DNA from: Eubacteriales bacterium
Lineage (GTDB): Bacteria; Bacillota; Clostridia; Oscillospirales; CAG-272
DNA length: 52,855 nt
NCBI GenBank assembly: GCA_045638805.1
Contig: JAZUBZ010000045.1
Location: 1 to 52,855, forward strand
Direction: 5' to 3'
The first letter of the stretch is position 1, and each line of letters begins with the position of its first letter. The notes below the pieces were generated by a model. That model saw only the letters and a list, made by a program, of their open reading frames with translations, was not told where the DNA came from and ran no database searches. Of the stretch, positions 1-8,239 are shown in pieces. A program made the translations under genes and the position numbers.

Positions 1-113
1 AGACTTGCATTTGTACAGCCTAAAAGTGCGGACAGCACGAGACACAGCGCGGCTATTGGCAGAACGATTCTGAAAAGCGCCGCAAATTCGTGGCGATAAA
101 GCTTCTTTACCAT
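1..113 (-). CDS. ABC transporter permease (5' part only, runs off the window)
   Basis: ATG at 113 overlaps the ATPase stop. Translates MVKKLYRHEFAALFRIVLPIAALCLVLSALLG..., a typical ABC-2 permease N-terminus followed by a hydrophobic helix. Confidence 0.7.
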   Translation of the reverse strand, partial: MVKKLYRHEFAALFRIVLPIAALCLVLSALLGCTNAS

Positions 114-817
114 CTGTATACCTCCCTGAACACCTCATCAACGGATTTGCCTTCAGCCTCGCGAAGCTCGTCGGCAGACTGATATCGCTCGATCACTCCG
201 TTTTTAAGGAAGATAACGTCGTCAAGTATTCCTTCAACGTCTGCGATAAGGTGAGTTGATATGACGACCGTAGCTTCCCTCGAATAGTTTGAAACTATAG
301 TATCAAGGATATAGCTTCTTGCCGCGGGGTCAACGCCAGCAAGAGGCTCGTCGAGAAGGTACAGCTTGGCTTCTCTGCTCATTGCGAGAATAAGCGACAC
401 CTTTTCCCTGTTTCCTTTTGAAAGTGTCTTGATCTTGCTTTTTCTGTTGACACCAAGCTGATCTATCATACCAAATGCGCGGTCTACTCTGAAATCCTCG
501 AAAAAATCCGCGTAGTATGCAACCGCCTTTTCAACCGACATCCATCCGGGGAGGATGTCGCGGTCGGGCAGGTATGAAACGATCTTCTTGGTTTCTGCAG
601 AGGGTTTCATACCGACTATGAGAAGCTCACCCGTTGTGGGAGTAAGCAGTCCGTTTGCTATCTTGATAAGTGTTGTTTTGCCTGAGCCGTTAGGACCTAA
701 AAGTCCCACAAGTCTACCGAGCGGAACTTCAATATTAACGTTATCCAGCGCGGCTGCGCCGTTCTTCAAATAAGTCTTGGTCAGCCCTTTTGCTTCAAGA
801 ATGATATTAGTATCCAA
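107..817 (-). CDS. ABC transporter ATP-binding protein
   Basis: Walker A GPNGSGKTT, signature LSKGN, Walker B YLLDEP, H-loop STH; TTG start. Confidence 0.95.
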   Translation of the reverse strand: MDTNIILEAKGLTKTYLKNGAAALDNVNIEVPLGRLVGLLGPNGSGKTTLIKIANGLLTPTTGELLIVGMKPSAETKKIVSYLPDRDILPGWMSVEKAVAYYADFFEDFRVDRAFGMIDQLGVNRKSKIKTLSKGNREKVSLILAMSREAKLYLLDEPLAGVDPAARSYILDTIVSNYSREATVVISTHLIADVEGILDDVIFLKNGVIERYQSADELREAEGKSVDEVFREVYRW

Positions 818-1096
818 TTCTGTTCACAGCCTTTCTTGTTTTCGGGTTGTCCCGTTACAGTTATATTATAACAAATTCCCTAAGTTTTTGCAATAGTTTT
901 ATGTATATTACCGTAAAGCACACTCTTTCACAACATTTAGTAAAAAAGTTTCAACGAATACTTGAAGATACCCTTAAAAAATGGTATACTGTAAGTTAGG
1001 AAAATATTCGGAGTTTTCACCGTCTCCGATAATGTTTATAAATACCGTAATGATCCAATCAGGAGACATCCCATGGATCGGAAAGGCAATAAAAGC

Positions 1097-1987
1097 ATGA
1101 AAGAAAAGTCAATTATAAAAAGAGCAATCACCTCCGACGGAAGTGCGCGCATCGTGTTCATCGACAGCACGGCTATCGTACGTTCCGCATGCGAGAAGCA
1201 CGGTACCTCAAAGACTATGACAGCAGTTCTCGGACGCGCTCTCAGCGCCGCATCCCTCATGGGTTCACTGCTTAAGAACAAGGGAGACTCCCTCACCCTC
1301 AAGCTTGACGGTGACGGTCCCGCAGGCACCGTTATCTGCGTTTCCGACTACAAGGGTAACGTGCGCGGATATGCCGAGGACGTGACCGTAGAGCTTCCTC
1401 CCAACGCATACGGAAAGCTTGACGTAGGCGGTGCTGTAGGCGGCGGTACTCTTTACGTTATCCGCGACCTGGGAATGAACGAGCCTTACATCGGCGCGTC
1501 CCCAATAGTCAGCGGTGAGATAGCAGAGGATATTACCGAGTACTTTGTAAACAGCGAGCAGACTCCCACTGTATGTGCTCTCGGTGTCAGAGTAAACACG
1601 GACAATATGTGCTTCGCGGCAGGCGGATATCTCCTTCAGCTCATGCCCGGCGCATACGAGGAAACAGCTATCACTCTTGAAAACAACATCACTCTGATGC
1701 GTCCCATTTCCGAGCTTATCGCAGAGGGCGCTGACGGAGACGATATCATAGCTGCCGTTATGAACGGTCTTGAATATGAGATGTTCGACGAGTTTGATGC
1801 GGAATACCTTTGCACCTGCGACAGAGAAAAATATCTCAGCGCACTGGCAGGACTTGCGGCTGACGACCTCGACGAAATTCTCGAAAAGGACGAGCCTATC
1901 GAAACAAAATGCCGTTTCTGCGGAGAGAGATACATTTTCACTCCCGAAGAAGTAAAGGCTGAGCTTGAGAAGAAAAAGGCTGAGTAA
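1097..1987 (+). CDS. hslO: Hsp33 redox-regulated chaperone
   Basis: LGRALSAASLM, GDGPAG, SGEIAEDI..YF..SEQTPT, C-terminal CTC...CRFC zinc motif; start at ATG 1097 after GAAAGG. Confidence 0.95.
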   Translation: MKEKSIIKRAITSDGSARIVFIDSTAIVRSACEKHGTSKTMTAVLGRALSAASLMGSLLKNKGDSLTLKLDGDGPAGTVICVSDYKGNVRGYAEDVTVELPPNAYGKLDVGGAVGGGTLYVIRDLGMNEPYIGASPIVSGEIAEDITEYFVNSEQTPTVCALGVRVNTDNMCFAAGGYLLQLMPGAYEETAITLENNITLMRPISELIAEGADGDDIIAAVMNGLEYEMFDEFDAEYLCTCDREKYLSALAGLAADDLDEILEKDEPIETKCRFCGERYIFTPEEVKAELEKKKAE

Positions 1988-2001
1988 AAGTAAAACAAGC
2001 A

Positions 2002-2049
2002 AAACAAACCCGACAAAAGTGACCACCGTCACTCATGTCGGGTTTGTTT
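2002..2049. terminator. Bidirectional terminator-like hairpin between convergent genes
   Basis: AAACAAACCCGACA...GTGAC-cacc-GTCAC...TGTCGGGTTTGTTT inverted repeat. Confidence 0.75.
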
Positions 2050-2064
2050 CGTTATATAAAAGCT

Positions 2065-3633
2065 TTAGTTAAGGAACACATTCAAATTCCCGAAGAACCA
2101 AGAAGAACTGTCTTTTCCGTCCTCATAAAGTCCCTCCTCATAAGGCTCACAGTATACCACGTTTCCGTTTTCGTCCGTAAACGCAATGTAAAAGTAATAA
2201 TACGGGCGGAGAGTTCCACCGGAATCTGACGACACCACGCATATCATGTTATGCTCGAAATAATCCCTGACTCCGTATTTTTCGGCAACTGTCATAACCT
2301 TTTCATAAGCCTCATTATAGCTTAATGTATCCACACTTTCGTAGGTGACATAGGGCGTGTTTGTACCGCTGTAACACACATATAAATTACTTTCATACTC
2401 ATAGTTTCCTATATATCCACTTATCTCAACGTATTTCGATGCCCTGTATACCAAAGCCTCCACGGGATCATCAGTCTTCGGAATAAATACGAATTTATAC
2501 CCGTAATTTGTATCGCTTGTTCTGATAAACGTTTTTTCCACCATATAATCTTCAAGCCCGACGTAAGACAGCATTACCTCCAAATGAGGTAGAGAAGTTA
2601 CGTACTCATATATTTCATCATACGTAAAATCACCGCGCCGCACGGTCTCCGCGTTTTTTAATATTAAAGTGGGAGTAACCTTAACATCTGAATCATTATA
2701 CTCATCCACCCTGATCGTATCGGTATAAACACGTATGGTAGTACCGTATTCGTCACCGGAATCATATATATATGTATCTATCGAATCAGTTACACTGCTG
2801 CCATAAAGCTTTTCTGCAAGAAGCTTAACATAAGGTACTATAGACGGCAAGTACGGCAAATCCCCCACAACGTAAACGGGAAATTTATCGGGGATCTCAT
2901 TTGATTCTATGAAGAAAGCATCTCCTCCGTCAAAGGTAAATTCACGGGGCCAAAAGCTGAGCCTATATGAGCTTGGTTCAGTAAAATACCCCGTTATCGA
3001 TCCGGAGTTGGTTGAACCTTGAACAGAATCCCCACCATCTGTCCGGTTTGTCTCTGCAGGTTCAGTATCAGCTTCACTTTCACTTTCCGTCTCGGGATAA
3101 TAGACGGAAGTCACAAGGCTGCCGAGAGGCACGGGTCCCGTATATTTTTGTTCCGTCTGTACAGGCTCCGTCTCTATTGGCTCTGTCCAAACAAACTCTG
3201 TATCATAATATTCCGTCTGCACAGGTTCCGTCTCGGGCGGCTCAGTCCAAAGCGGTTCTGTCTCATAATATCCTGTCCAAACAGGCTCGGTCCAAACAGG
3301 CTCAGTAACAAGCGGTTCTGTCGTTGCAGGCTCAGTTTCGACTGGCTGTGTTCCGGTCTCCTCCGTCGGTATAGCTGTCTCTACGGTTTCGATCTGCACT
3401 ATGCTTTCCGCCGCAGTTTCACTCATACTTTCCGCTTTCGTTTCCGTCACTGTCGGCACATCGGGCACATTTCGACTGCCCGTGCCTATCATCCACGCGC
3501 CTCCTCCGACGGATAAACAAACCGCAAACACCGCAAGCAAGACAACAATTCTTTTTTTCAGCTTTTTAATATATGTCCTATGAGCATCACGCCGCTTCAA
3601 TATTTCCGATGTTACTTCTTTATAATCCTTCAT
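2065..3633 (-). CDS. Putative membrane-anchored anti-sigma factor with TEP-rich linker and extracellular domain
   Basis: Start overlaps the end of the ECF sigma gene. Short basic cytoplasmic N-terminus, one TM helix (IVVLLAVFAVCLSVGGGAW), Thr/Glu/Pro repeats, large C-terminal domain. Confidence 0.7.
   Translation of the reverse strand: MKDYKEVTSEILKRRDAHRTYIKKLKKRIVVLLAVFAVCLSVGGGAWMIGTGSRNVPDVPTVTETKAESMSETAAESIVQIETVETAIPTEETGTQPVETEPATTEPLVTEPVWTEPVWTGYYETEPLWTEPPETEPVQTEYYDTEFVWTEPIETEPVQTEQKYTGPVPLGSLVTSVYYPETESESEADTEPAETNRTDGGDSVQGSTNSGSITGYFTEPSSYRLSFWPREFTFDGGDAFFIESNEIPDKFPVYVVGDLPYLPSIVPYVKLLAEKLYGSSVTDSIDTYIYDSGDEYGTTIRVYTDTIRVDEYNDSDVKVTPTLILKNAETVRRGDFTYDEIYEYVTSLPHLEVMLSYVGLEDYMVEKTFIRTSDTNYGYKFVFIPKTDDPVEALVYRASKYVEISGYIGNYEYESNLYVCYSGTNTPYVTYESVDTLSYNEAYEKVMTVAEKYGVRDYFEHNMICVVSSDSGGTLRPYYYFYIAFTDENGNVVYCEPYEEGLYEDGKDSSSWFFGNLNVFLN
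3151..3350 (-). repeat. Intragenic tandem repeat (15-bp units grouped into 60-bp units) encoding TEPxx pentapeptides
   Basis: 3151-3210, 3211-3270 and 3271-3330 align with 60-bp period; protein reads TEPVW TEPPE TEPVQ TEYYD. Confidence 0.85.
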
Positions 3634-4174
3634 AAACGACTCCTTCCTTTTCAAGTTCTTCTCTCAGAGCCTTCTTGGCTCTGTACACCAAATTATCAAA
3701 CTGCTTTGCAGATTTTTTCATGATTCCTGCGGCTTCTTTGTAAGAGAAATTCTCAAAATACAACAGCCACAATGACTGAGAATAATCCGCTTTAAGATTG
3801 TCCATGGCGCGTCTGATATTTAGTTTTTCCTCGGTTTTAAGATATTCTTCCTCCAGACTCAAAGCTTCTTCAATATAGTTTTCAACCTCATCAAGAGGAA
3901 CAGACGGAGCCTTTCCACGCCTTACCGCGTCGAGAGCAAGATTTCGTCCGATGGCATAAAGCCACGTTTTAAAAGCGGATTCTCCGCGAAAGCGGGGGCG
4001 CTTTATTACAAGCTTCGTGAAAGTGTCCTGCATCAGCTCTTCCGCAAGACACACGTCTCCTACAATACTGTTTAAATAAAAGGTGAGTCCGTCCTTATAT
4101 TCTTTGACGATCTCACAAATCCCCTCGTCATCCCCCTCAAGAAAACGGCGGTAGCTACTTTCACCGTGATCCAT
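3620..4174 (-). CDS. ECF RNA polymerase sigma-70 factor
   Basis: Region 2 AEELMQDTF...FKTWLYAIGRNLALD and region 4 SYKEAAGIM...YRAKKALR; 184 aa. Confidence 0.92.
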   Translation of the reverse strand: MDHGESSYRRFLEGDDEGICEIVKEYKDGLTFYLNSIVGDVCLAEELMQDTFTKLVIKRPRFRGESAFKTWLYAIGRNLALDAVRRGKAPSVPLDEVENYIEEALSLEEEYLKTEEKLNIRRAMDNLKADYSQSLWLLYFENFSYKEAAGIMKKSAKQFDNLVYRAKKALREELEKEGVVYEGL

Positions 4175-4224
4175 ATGAATAACACTCTCCTTTCCGCAGA
4201 AATATCCATGTAGGTCCTACATCT

Positions 4225-4256
4225 ATTTGACGCAGAAAAAACGGGGAATTCCTCTA
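4225..4256 (-). promoter_or_regulatory. Putative ECF-type (autoregulatory) promoter
   Basis: Minus strand GAGG-N18-CGTCAAAT; a matching motif lies upstream of the paralogous sigma at 10036-10065. Confidence 0.5.
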
Positions 4257-4347
4257 AGTTTTTACAAAAAAATTTGATATGATTTTTTCTGCCACCGTAT
4301 CTATTATAACACAAAAGTATCCCAAGTAGTAAATATAGTTGTATCAG

Positions 4348-4378
4348 CAAAGGACACGCCAAATTGGCGTGTCCTTTG
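4348..4378 (-). terminator. Intrinsic terminator after the SLH gene
   Basis: Perfect inverted repeat CAAAGGACACGCCAA-a-TTGGCGTGTCCTTTG. Confidence 0.8.
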
Positions 4379-4396
4379 TTTTAGAAAAGCACTATA

Positions 4397-6409
4397 TTAT
4401 TCAATACCGTAACGGCAAAGAACAGCTGCTATCTCTGCTCTTGTCAGCACATCTTTTGGGGCAAGGCACGCAGGATTTCCATCCCCTGCACTCTTACCGG
4501 TTATGATCCCCTCGGCAACGCACCACGCAAGTGAGTCTCTGTTCCACTGCGCTACGTCACCGCCGTCGGGGAAAGTTGTAATATCAGCTGTACCCGTCGT
4601 ATCAATACCCTTGTAACCGGCATATCTGTAAAGGATGGTTGCAACCTCACCGCGCGTAATGGTTCTGTCGGGGGCAAACATACCCTGACCTATTCCGTTT
4701 ACAACACCGCTCTCTGCCGCCCACTCTACAGCACTGCTGTACCAAGTATCATCAGCGGTATCTGTGAACTTGATTCCTCCCTCTCCAGTGGGTTGGGGTT
4801 CACCATCAAGTCTCCAAAGCATGGTTACGACCTGGGCACGTGATACGGGAGCATTAGGCGAAAACTGAAAGTTCCCCGTACCGTTCATAATACCCGCAGT
4901 ATAACATTCGTCTATGTAGGGATACGCCCAACTTCCCTCGTAAACGTCGTAAAGCGGGAACTTATCTCCCTTGATTATATACGCAGTATAGGTATAGTCT
5001 TCGTTTTCATCATCGGGCCAGCTCATCATTTCATAAACTTCACATCCATCCATTATGAGCACGTTAGTACATCTTGTATGCACGGGGGTGATTCGCTCAC
5101 CCTTATAGAGAAGACATTCTTCATCCGGTGAACCGTTCGAAGAAACGGCACATACGTTATCGTAAGCTTTGCCGGGAATATAGTAGTCTGTATTGACACT
5201 TTCGAGAATATTCCCTTCGGAATCATATCTGATGAATTTTTCGTTTTCAAAGTCGCCCACAACATAGGTATTATTAGCGGAGTCGTAGGATAGAAGTAAT
5301 TCCTCGCAGCTAAAAATAAACTTGCCGTTTGAGTCATATACAAGCAGTTTATTGCTAAAATTCTCTATATCACCAATTGTATCAATACATTCGTAATGAC
5401 CGTCTTCATACGTAATGATATATGCGTCAACGATCTTTTCTCCCGTAGCTATGTCTTCTATCCAGTAGCTCTTGCTAAATACATCGTGTTCACCATTCGA
5501 ATGGATAAGTGCAGTCACGCCGTTATATTCCGACACCCAGTTTTCGTCATAGAACACTTCTACGCCATCCGTAGTATATACGTGAGACGCTTCAAGCTTA
5601 TATTCCCCTACGCGTTCACTGTAGGCTATATAATACCCATTGCTTTCAATTATCTCTACGTATTCCATGGGTATAATTATCTCACCCTTGGGGTTCATCA
5701 CACCCAATCCATCACCCTTTGACACGATAAGATTGCCGAGCATTATTTCACGTACGTTACATTCGAGGGGAATCTTACTTACGGGATCGCTTGACAGATC
5801 AAGGATAAATCTTTCCTCATCATCTGCCATAAAATCGGTCATACCCTCCTCAAGGAAACAATCACCGCTAATGTGAGTTGCAATCTTGACCCCCTCGCCG
5901 TCGTGGTATATGACCTCTCCGCGGCTGTCAATAATGCTGTATCCGTAAAGGGGAATGGTGCTGTCCGGTGTTATACTTATTTCGGGATCAAGTATCCCAA
6001 GCAGTTCAGCGTATATAATGAACGAATAATCACTGTTTTCGTATTGGTAGACGCAGGAATATTCATCGTACTCAAACTTGAACGTTACGCTCTCCCCGTC
6101 AATTCCGTAGCATTTGAAGCCAATCTTTTCAACGATTTCACCGTTTGCCAACCAGTAAATCGTTATGATACACTCGTCTGTCATGGTGTATATCATTTCC
6201 GTCTCGCTGTCAAGCTTCCATATCTCGTCACCCGAGCTGTTATAAAGAGTATTGTCTATTGCAAAATAGTTGTCGCTCGAAATGAGCTGTCTCTGTATCT
6301 CCACCGTATCCTTGATAATGGCATGACCCGTCTCACCTGCATTTGCGGCAGGTATACTCGTCAGTATCATAATGGCGGAAATGATAAATGCAAAAATTCT
6401 TTTTTTCAT
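4397..6409 (-). CDS. Secreted S-layer homology (SLH) domain protein with beta-repeat N-terminal region
   Basis: Signal peptide MKKRIFAFIISAIMILTSIPAANA; three C-terminal SLH repeats (GIMNG..F.P...SRAQ, GVVNG...TRGE, GIITG...TRAE); WG-repeat-like GVMNPKGEIIIPMEY. Confidence 0.88.
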   Translation of the reverse strand: MKKRIFAFIISAIMILTSIPAANAGETGHAIIKDTVEIQRQLISSDNYFAIDNTLYNSSGDEIWKLDSETEMIYTMTDECIITIYWLANGEIVEKIGFKCYGIDGESVTFKFEYDEYSCVYQYENSDYSFIIYAELLGILDPEISITPDSTIPLYGYSIIDSRGEVIYHDGEGVKIATHISGDCFLEEGMTDFMADDEERFILDLSSDPVSKIPLECNVREIMLGNLIVSKGDGLGVMNPKGEIIIPMEYVEIIESNGYYIAYSERVGEYKLEASHVYTTDGVEVFYDENWVSEYNGVTALIHSNGEHDVFSKSYWIEDIATGEKIVDAYIITYEDGHYECIDTIGDIENFSNKLLVYDSNGKFIFSCEELLLSYDSANNTYVVGDFENEKFIRYDSEGNILESVNTDYYIPGKAYDNVCAVSSNGSPDEECLLYKGERITPVHTRCTNVLIMDGCEVYEMMSWPDDENEDYTYTAYIIKGDKFPLYDVYEGSWAYPYIDECYTAGIMNGTGNFQFSPNAPVSRAQVVTMLWRLDGEPQPTGEGGIKFTDTADDTWYSSAVEWAAESGVVNGIGQGMFAPDRTITRGEVATILYRYAGYKGIDTTGTADITTFPDGGDVAQWNRDSLAWCVAEGIITGKSAGDGNPACLAPKDVLTRAEIAAVLCRYGIE

Positions 6410-6426
6410 GGTTAGCCTCCTCAGTA

Positions 6427-6630
6427 TTACTTATCTGCGTATTTAATTATGTCACCCGGTTGGCATTCAAGTGCTTTGCAGATCGCCTCAAGTGTTGAAA
6501 AGCGAATAGCTTTTGCTTTACCTGTTTTAAGAATGGAAAGATTCGCCGGAGTTATACCGATTTTTTCTGCAAGCTCAAGTGAGGTCATTTTGCGCATTGC
6601 CAACATAACATCTAAATCAATTTCAATCAT
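6427..6630 (-). CDS. Cro/C1-type HTH transcriptional regulator (YozG-like)
   Basis: LDVMLAMRKM..ELAEKIGITPANLSILKTGKAKAIRFSTLEAICKALECQPGDI. Confidence 0.92.
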   Translation of the reverse strand: MIEIDLDVMLAMRKMTSLELAEKIGITPANLSILKTGKAKAIRFSTLEAICKALECQPGDIIKYADK

Positions 6631-6644
6631 TTACAGCCCCCGTT

Positions 6645-7115
6645 TTATATTGTAAGCTCGTTTTCAGCTTTGATCTCAGCCGCATTTTGCATAACGTTTT
6701 TAACAACGCGAAGTAAAAGGCCTACAAAAGCCGCTAAAATTGCACCGAAGATAAATGAAGGTATGCAAATGATCCCACCAACAAGTATTATAAATGCCAC
6801 CGCAAAACAACACCACGAAATGCGTCTAAGGTATACAATATTCCGATGGATAAAAATTTGATCTTTTTTTATGTTGAACAGTAATCTTAAAAGGCTGTAA
6901 ATCGTTATGAAGCCAAATACACTGCACGGATAAAAGCAAGCACAAAAAACATTGAGGATAGCTTTTATTTCCTCTCCGTCTGCACTTATACCGCGGTAGG
7001 CAGTGAGTAACTTCGTTACCATCCACGGCGCGAAAAATAATCCTAACGTAAGGACCAGAGCAAACGCAAAGCATACAACAATTGATAAGACGACAGATCT
7101 TTTTCTGTCCCACAT
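6645..7115 (-). CDS. DUF2975-family membrane protein
   Basis: Four TM segments and C-terminal IKAENELTI; the usual partner of the YozG-like HTH; ATG at 7115 follows GGAGGTG. Confidence 0.85.
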   Translation of the reverse strand: MWDRKRSVVLSIVVCFAFALVLTLGLFFAPWMVTKLLTAYRGISADGEEIKAILNVFCACFYPCSVFGFITIYSLLRLLFNIKKDQIFIHRNIVYLRRISWCCFAVAFIILVGGIICIPSFIFGAILAAFVGLLLRVVKNVMQNAAEIKAENELTI

Positions 7116-7147
7116 AAAAATCACCTCCAAAGTATTTCTCTAACATT

Positions 7148-7201
7148 ATGATAACACAAAAATTATCGTTTGTCAATAATCGAATTATCGAAAAACGATA
7201 A
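7148..7201 (-). promoter_or_regulatory. sigmaA promoter with two TTATCG-N5-CGATAA operators
   Basis: Minus strand TTGACA-N17-TATCAT with TG extension. Palindromes TTATCGtttgtCAATAA (7163-7179) and TTATCGaaaaaCGATAA (7185-7201) overlap and flank the -35. Confidence 0.7.
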
Positions 7202-7381
7202 TTTTACCAATATCGTCTCATTTCAATAAATAAAAACAGATGTCTGCTGACTTCTACAAGGTGTAAAATTCAGCAGACATCTTTCATCAGTTTCGATCGT
7301 AACGAATTTACTTGAGGCGCACTTCACAAGGAAGTACGCCTCAAGGTGTGTTTTCCATAAAGCAGGTTTTACCTAAAAAAC

Positions 7382-7416
7382 AAAAGGAGTATGAACATTT
7401 TGTTCGTACTCCTTTT
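7382..7416. repeat. GGAGTACGAAC-type hairpin, copy 1 of 3
   Basis: AAAAGGAGTATGAACA-ttt-TGTTCGTACTCCTTTT; recurs at 51084 and 52622. Confidence 0.85.
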
Positions 7417-7446
7417 GTCGCGTAGATGTACTGTCGGCGATAATGA

Positions 7447-7568
7447 GCCTCCCTTGTGTAAAGGGAGGTGGCTTGCGAAGCAAGACGGAGGGATTGGAAA
7501 TAGCAAAATTCTACCGAAAACAATCCCTCAGCCGCCTGCGGCGTCAGCTCCCTTTACACAAGGGAGCC
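7447..7568 (-). repeat. REP/REPIN-like palindromic element (GGCTC...GAGGC family), copy 1
   Basis: Terminal inverted arms CTCCCTTGTGTAAAGGGAG / CTCCCTTTACACAAGGGAG and inner GAGGGATT/AATCCCTC; same architecture as 51190-51332 in the opposite orientation. Confidence 0.75.
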
Positions 7569-7654
7569 TTTGGTTTGTGCGCCCCGAAAATCTATCTGCT
7601 TTTCCTGACAAGCACTGCTTTTGTGGACACAAAAGCTAACTTAAAATTACCTTT

Positions 7655-8098
7655 TTAGTGATTCAGATAGTATAAGTAGTCGTTATAGGTGTACTCATTT
7701 TCATTTGAAGCGTCATATTTCTCGCAACAACCAAAAGATGATCTTTTAACGTTATCTACATCTACTTTATCAAGCCAATTAATAACGTCGTCCTTGTCAT
7801 TGATGACGGCATTATTAGAACAAAGAATATAGTTGGGAATATTTCCGTATGGGCATAGTGTTCCATACTTACATGTCATGCAACATTGGATGTTTACACC
7901 GTTTGGCAGAGTCTTTTGAAGATTTGCAAAGGAGTCCGTCCATTCGAGGCTCGTTCCTTTTCCCCAATATGTTTTATCCTTGTATTCTACGTTTATAACA
8001 ACTTTAGCATCAACCTCTAACTCTTTATGTGTTATAACAATAGGTACAGCTATAAGATCACCGAGTACGGATAAATTTAAAAATCCTCGATATTCCAT
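7655..8098 (-). CDS. Cys-rich hypothetical protein (resembles DUF6304 C-terminal part)
   Basis: AT-rich ORF with GGAGG RBS and its own TTGACT/TATACT promoter; motif LQKTLP..V.IQCCMTCKYGTLCPYG. Confidence 0.65.
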   Translation of the reverse strand: MEYRGFLNLSVLGDLIAVPIVITHKELEVDAKVVINVEYKDKTYWGKGTSLEWTDSFANLQKTLPNGVNIQCCMTCKYGTLCPYGNIPNYILCSNNAVINDKDDVINWLDKVDVDNVKRSSFGCCEKYDASNENEYTYNDYLYYLNH

Positions 8099-8160
8099 AT
8101 TCTTCCCTCCTTATCTTCATATTTAGTATATCATAAATCCACAACAAAGTCAATAAAAAC

Positions 8161-8188
8161 GGCGCACCTGCTTTATCGCAGGTGCGCC
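8161..8188 (-). terminator. Intrinsic terminator
   Basis: GGCGCACCTGC-tttatc-GCAGGTGCGCC followed by TTTT on the minus strand. Confidence 0.8.
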
Positions 8189-8239
8189 AAGGGAGATGCT
8201 TTTATTTTATGATAACGTGAAACGCCAATTATATCAATA

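Noticed and set aside
7341-7658. Short ORFs 7341-7523, 7391-7639 and 7443-7658
   Set aside because: They run through palindromic repeat DNA and show no protein-like features.
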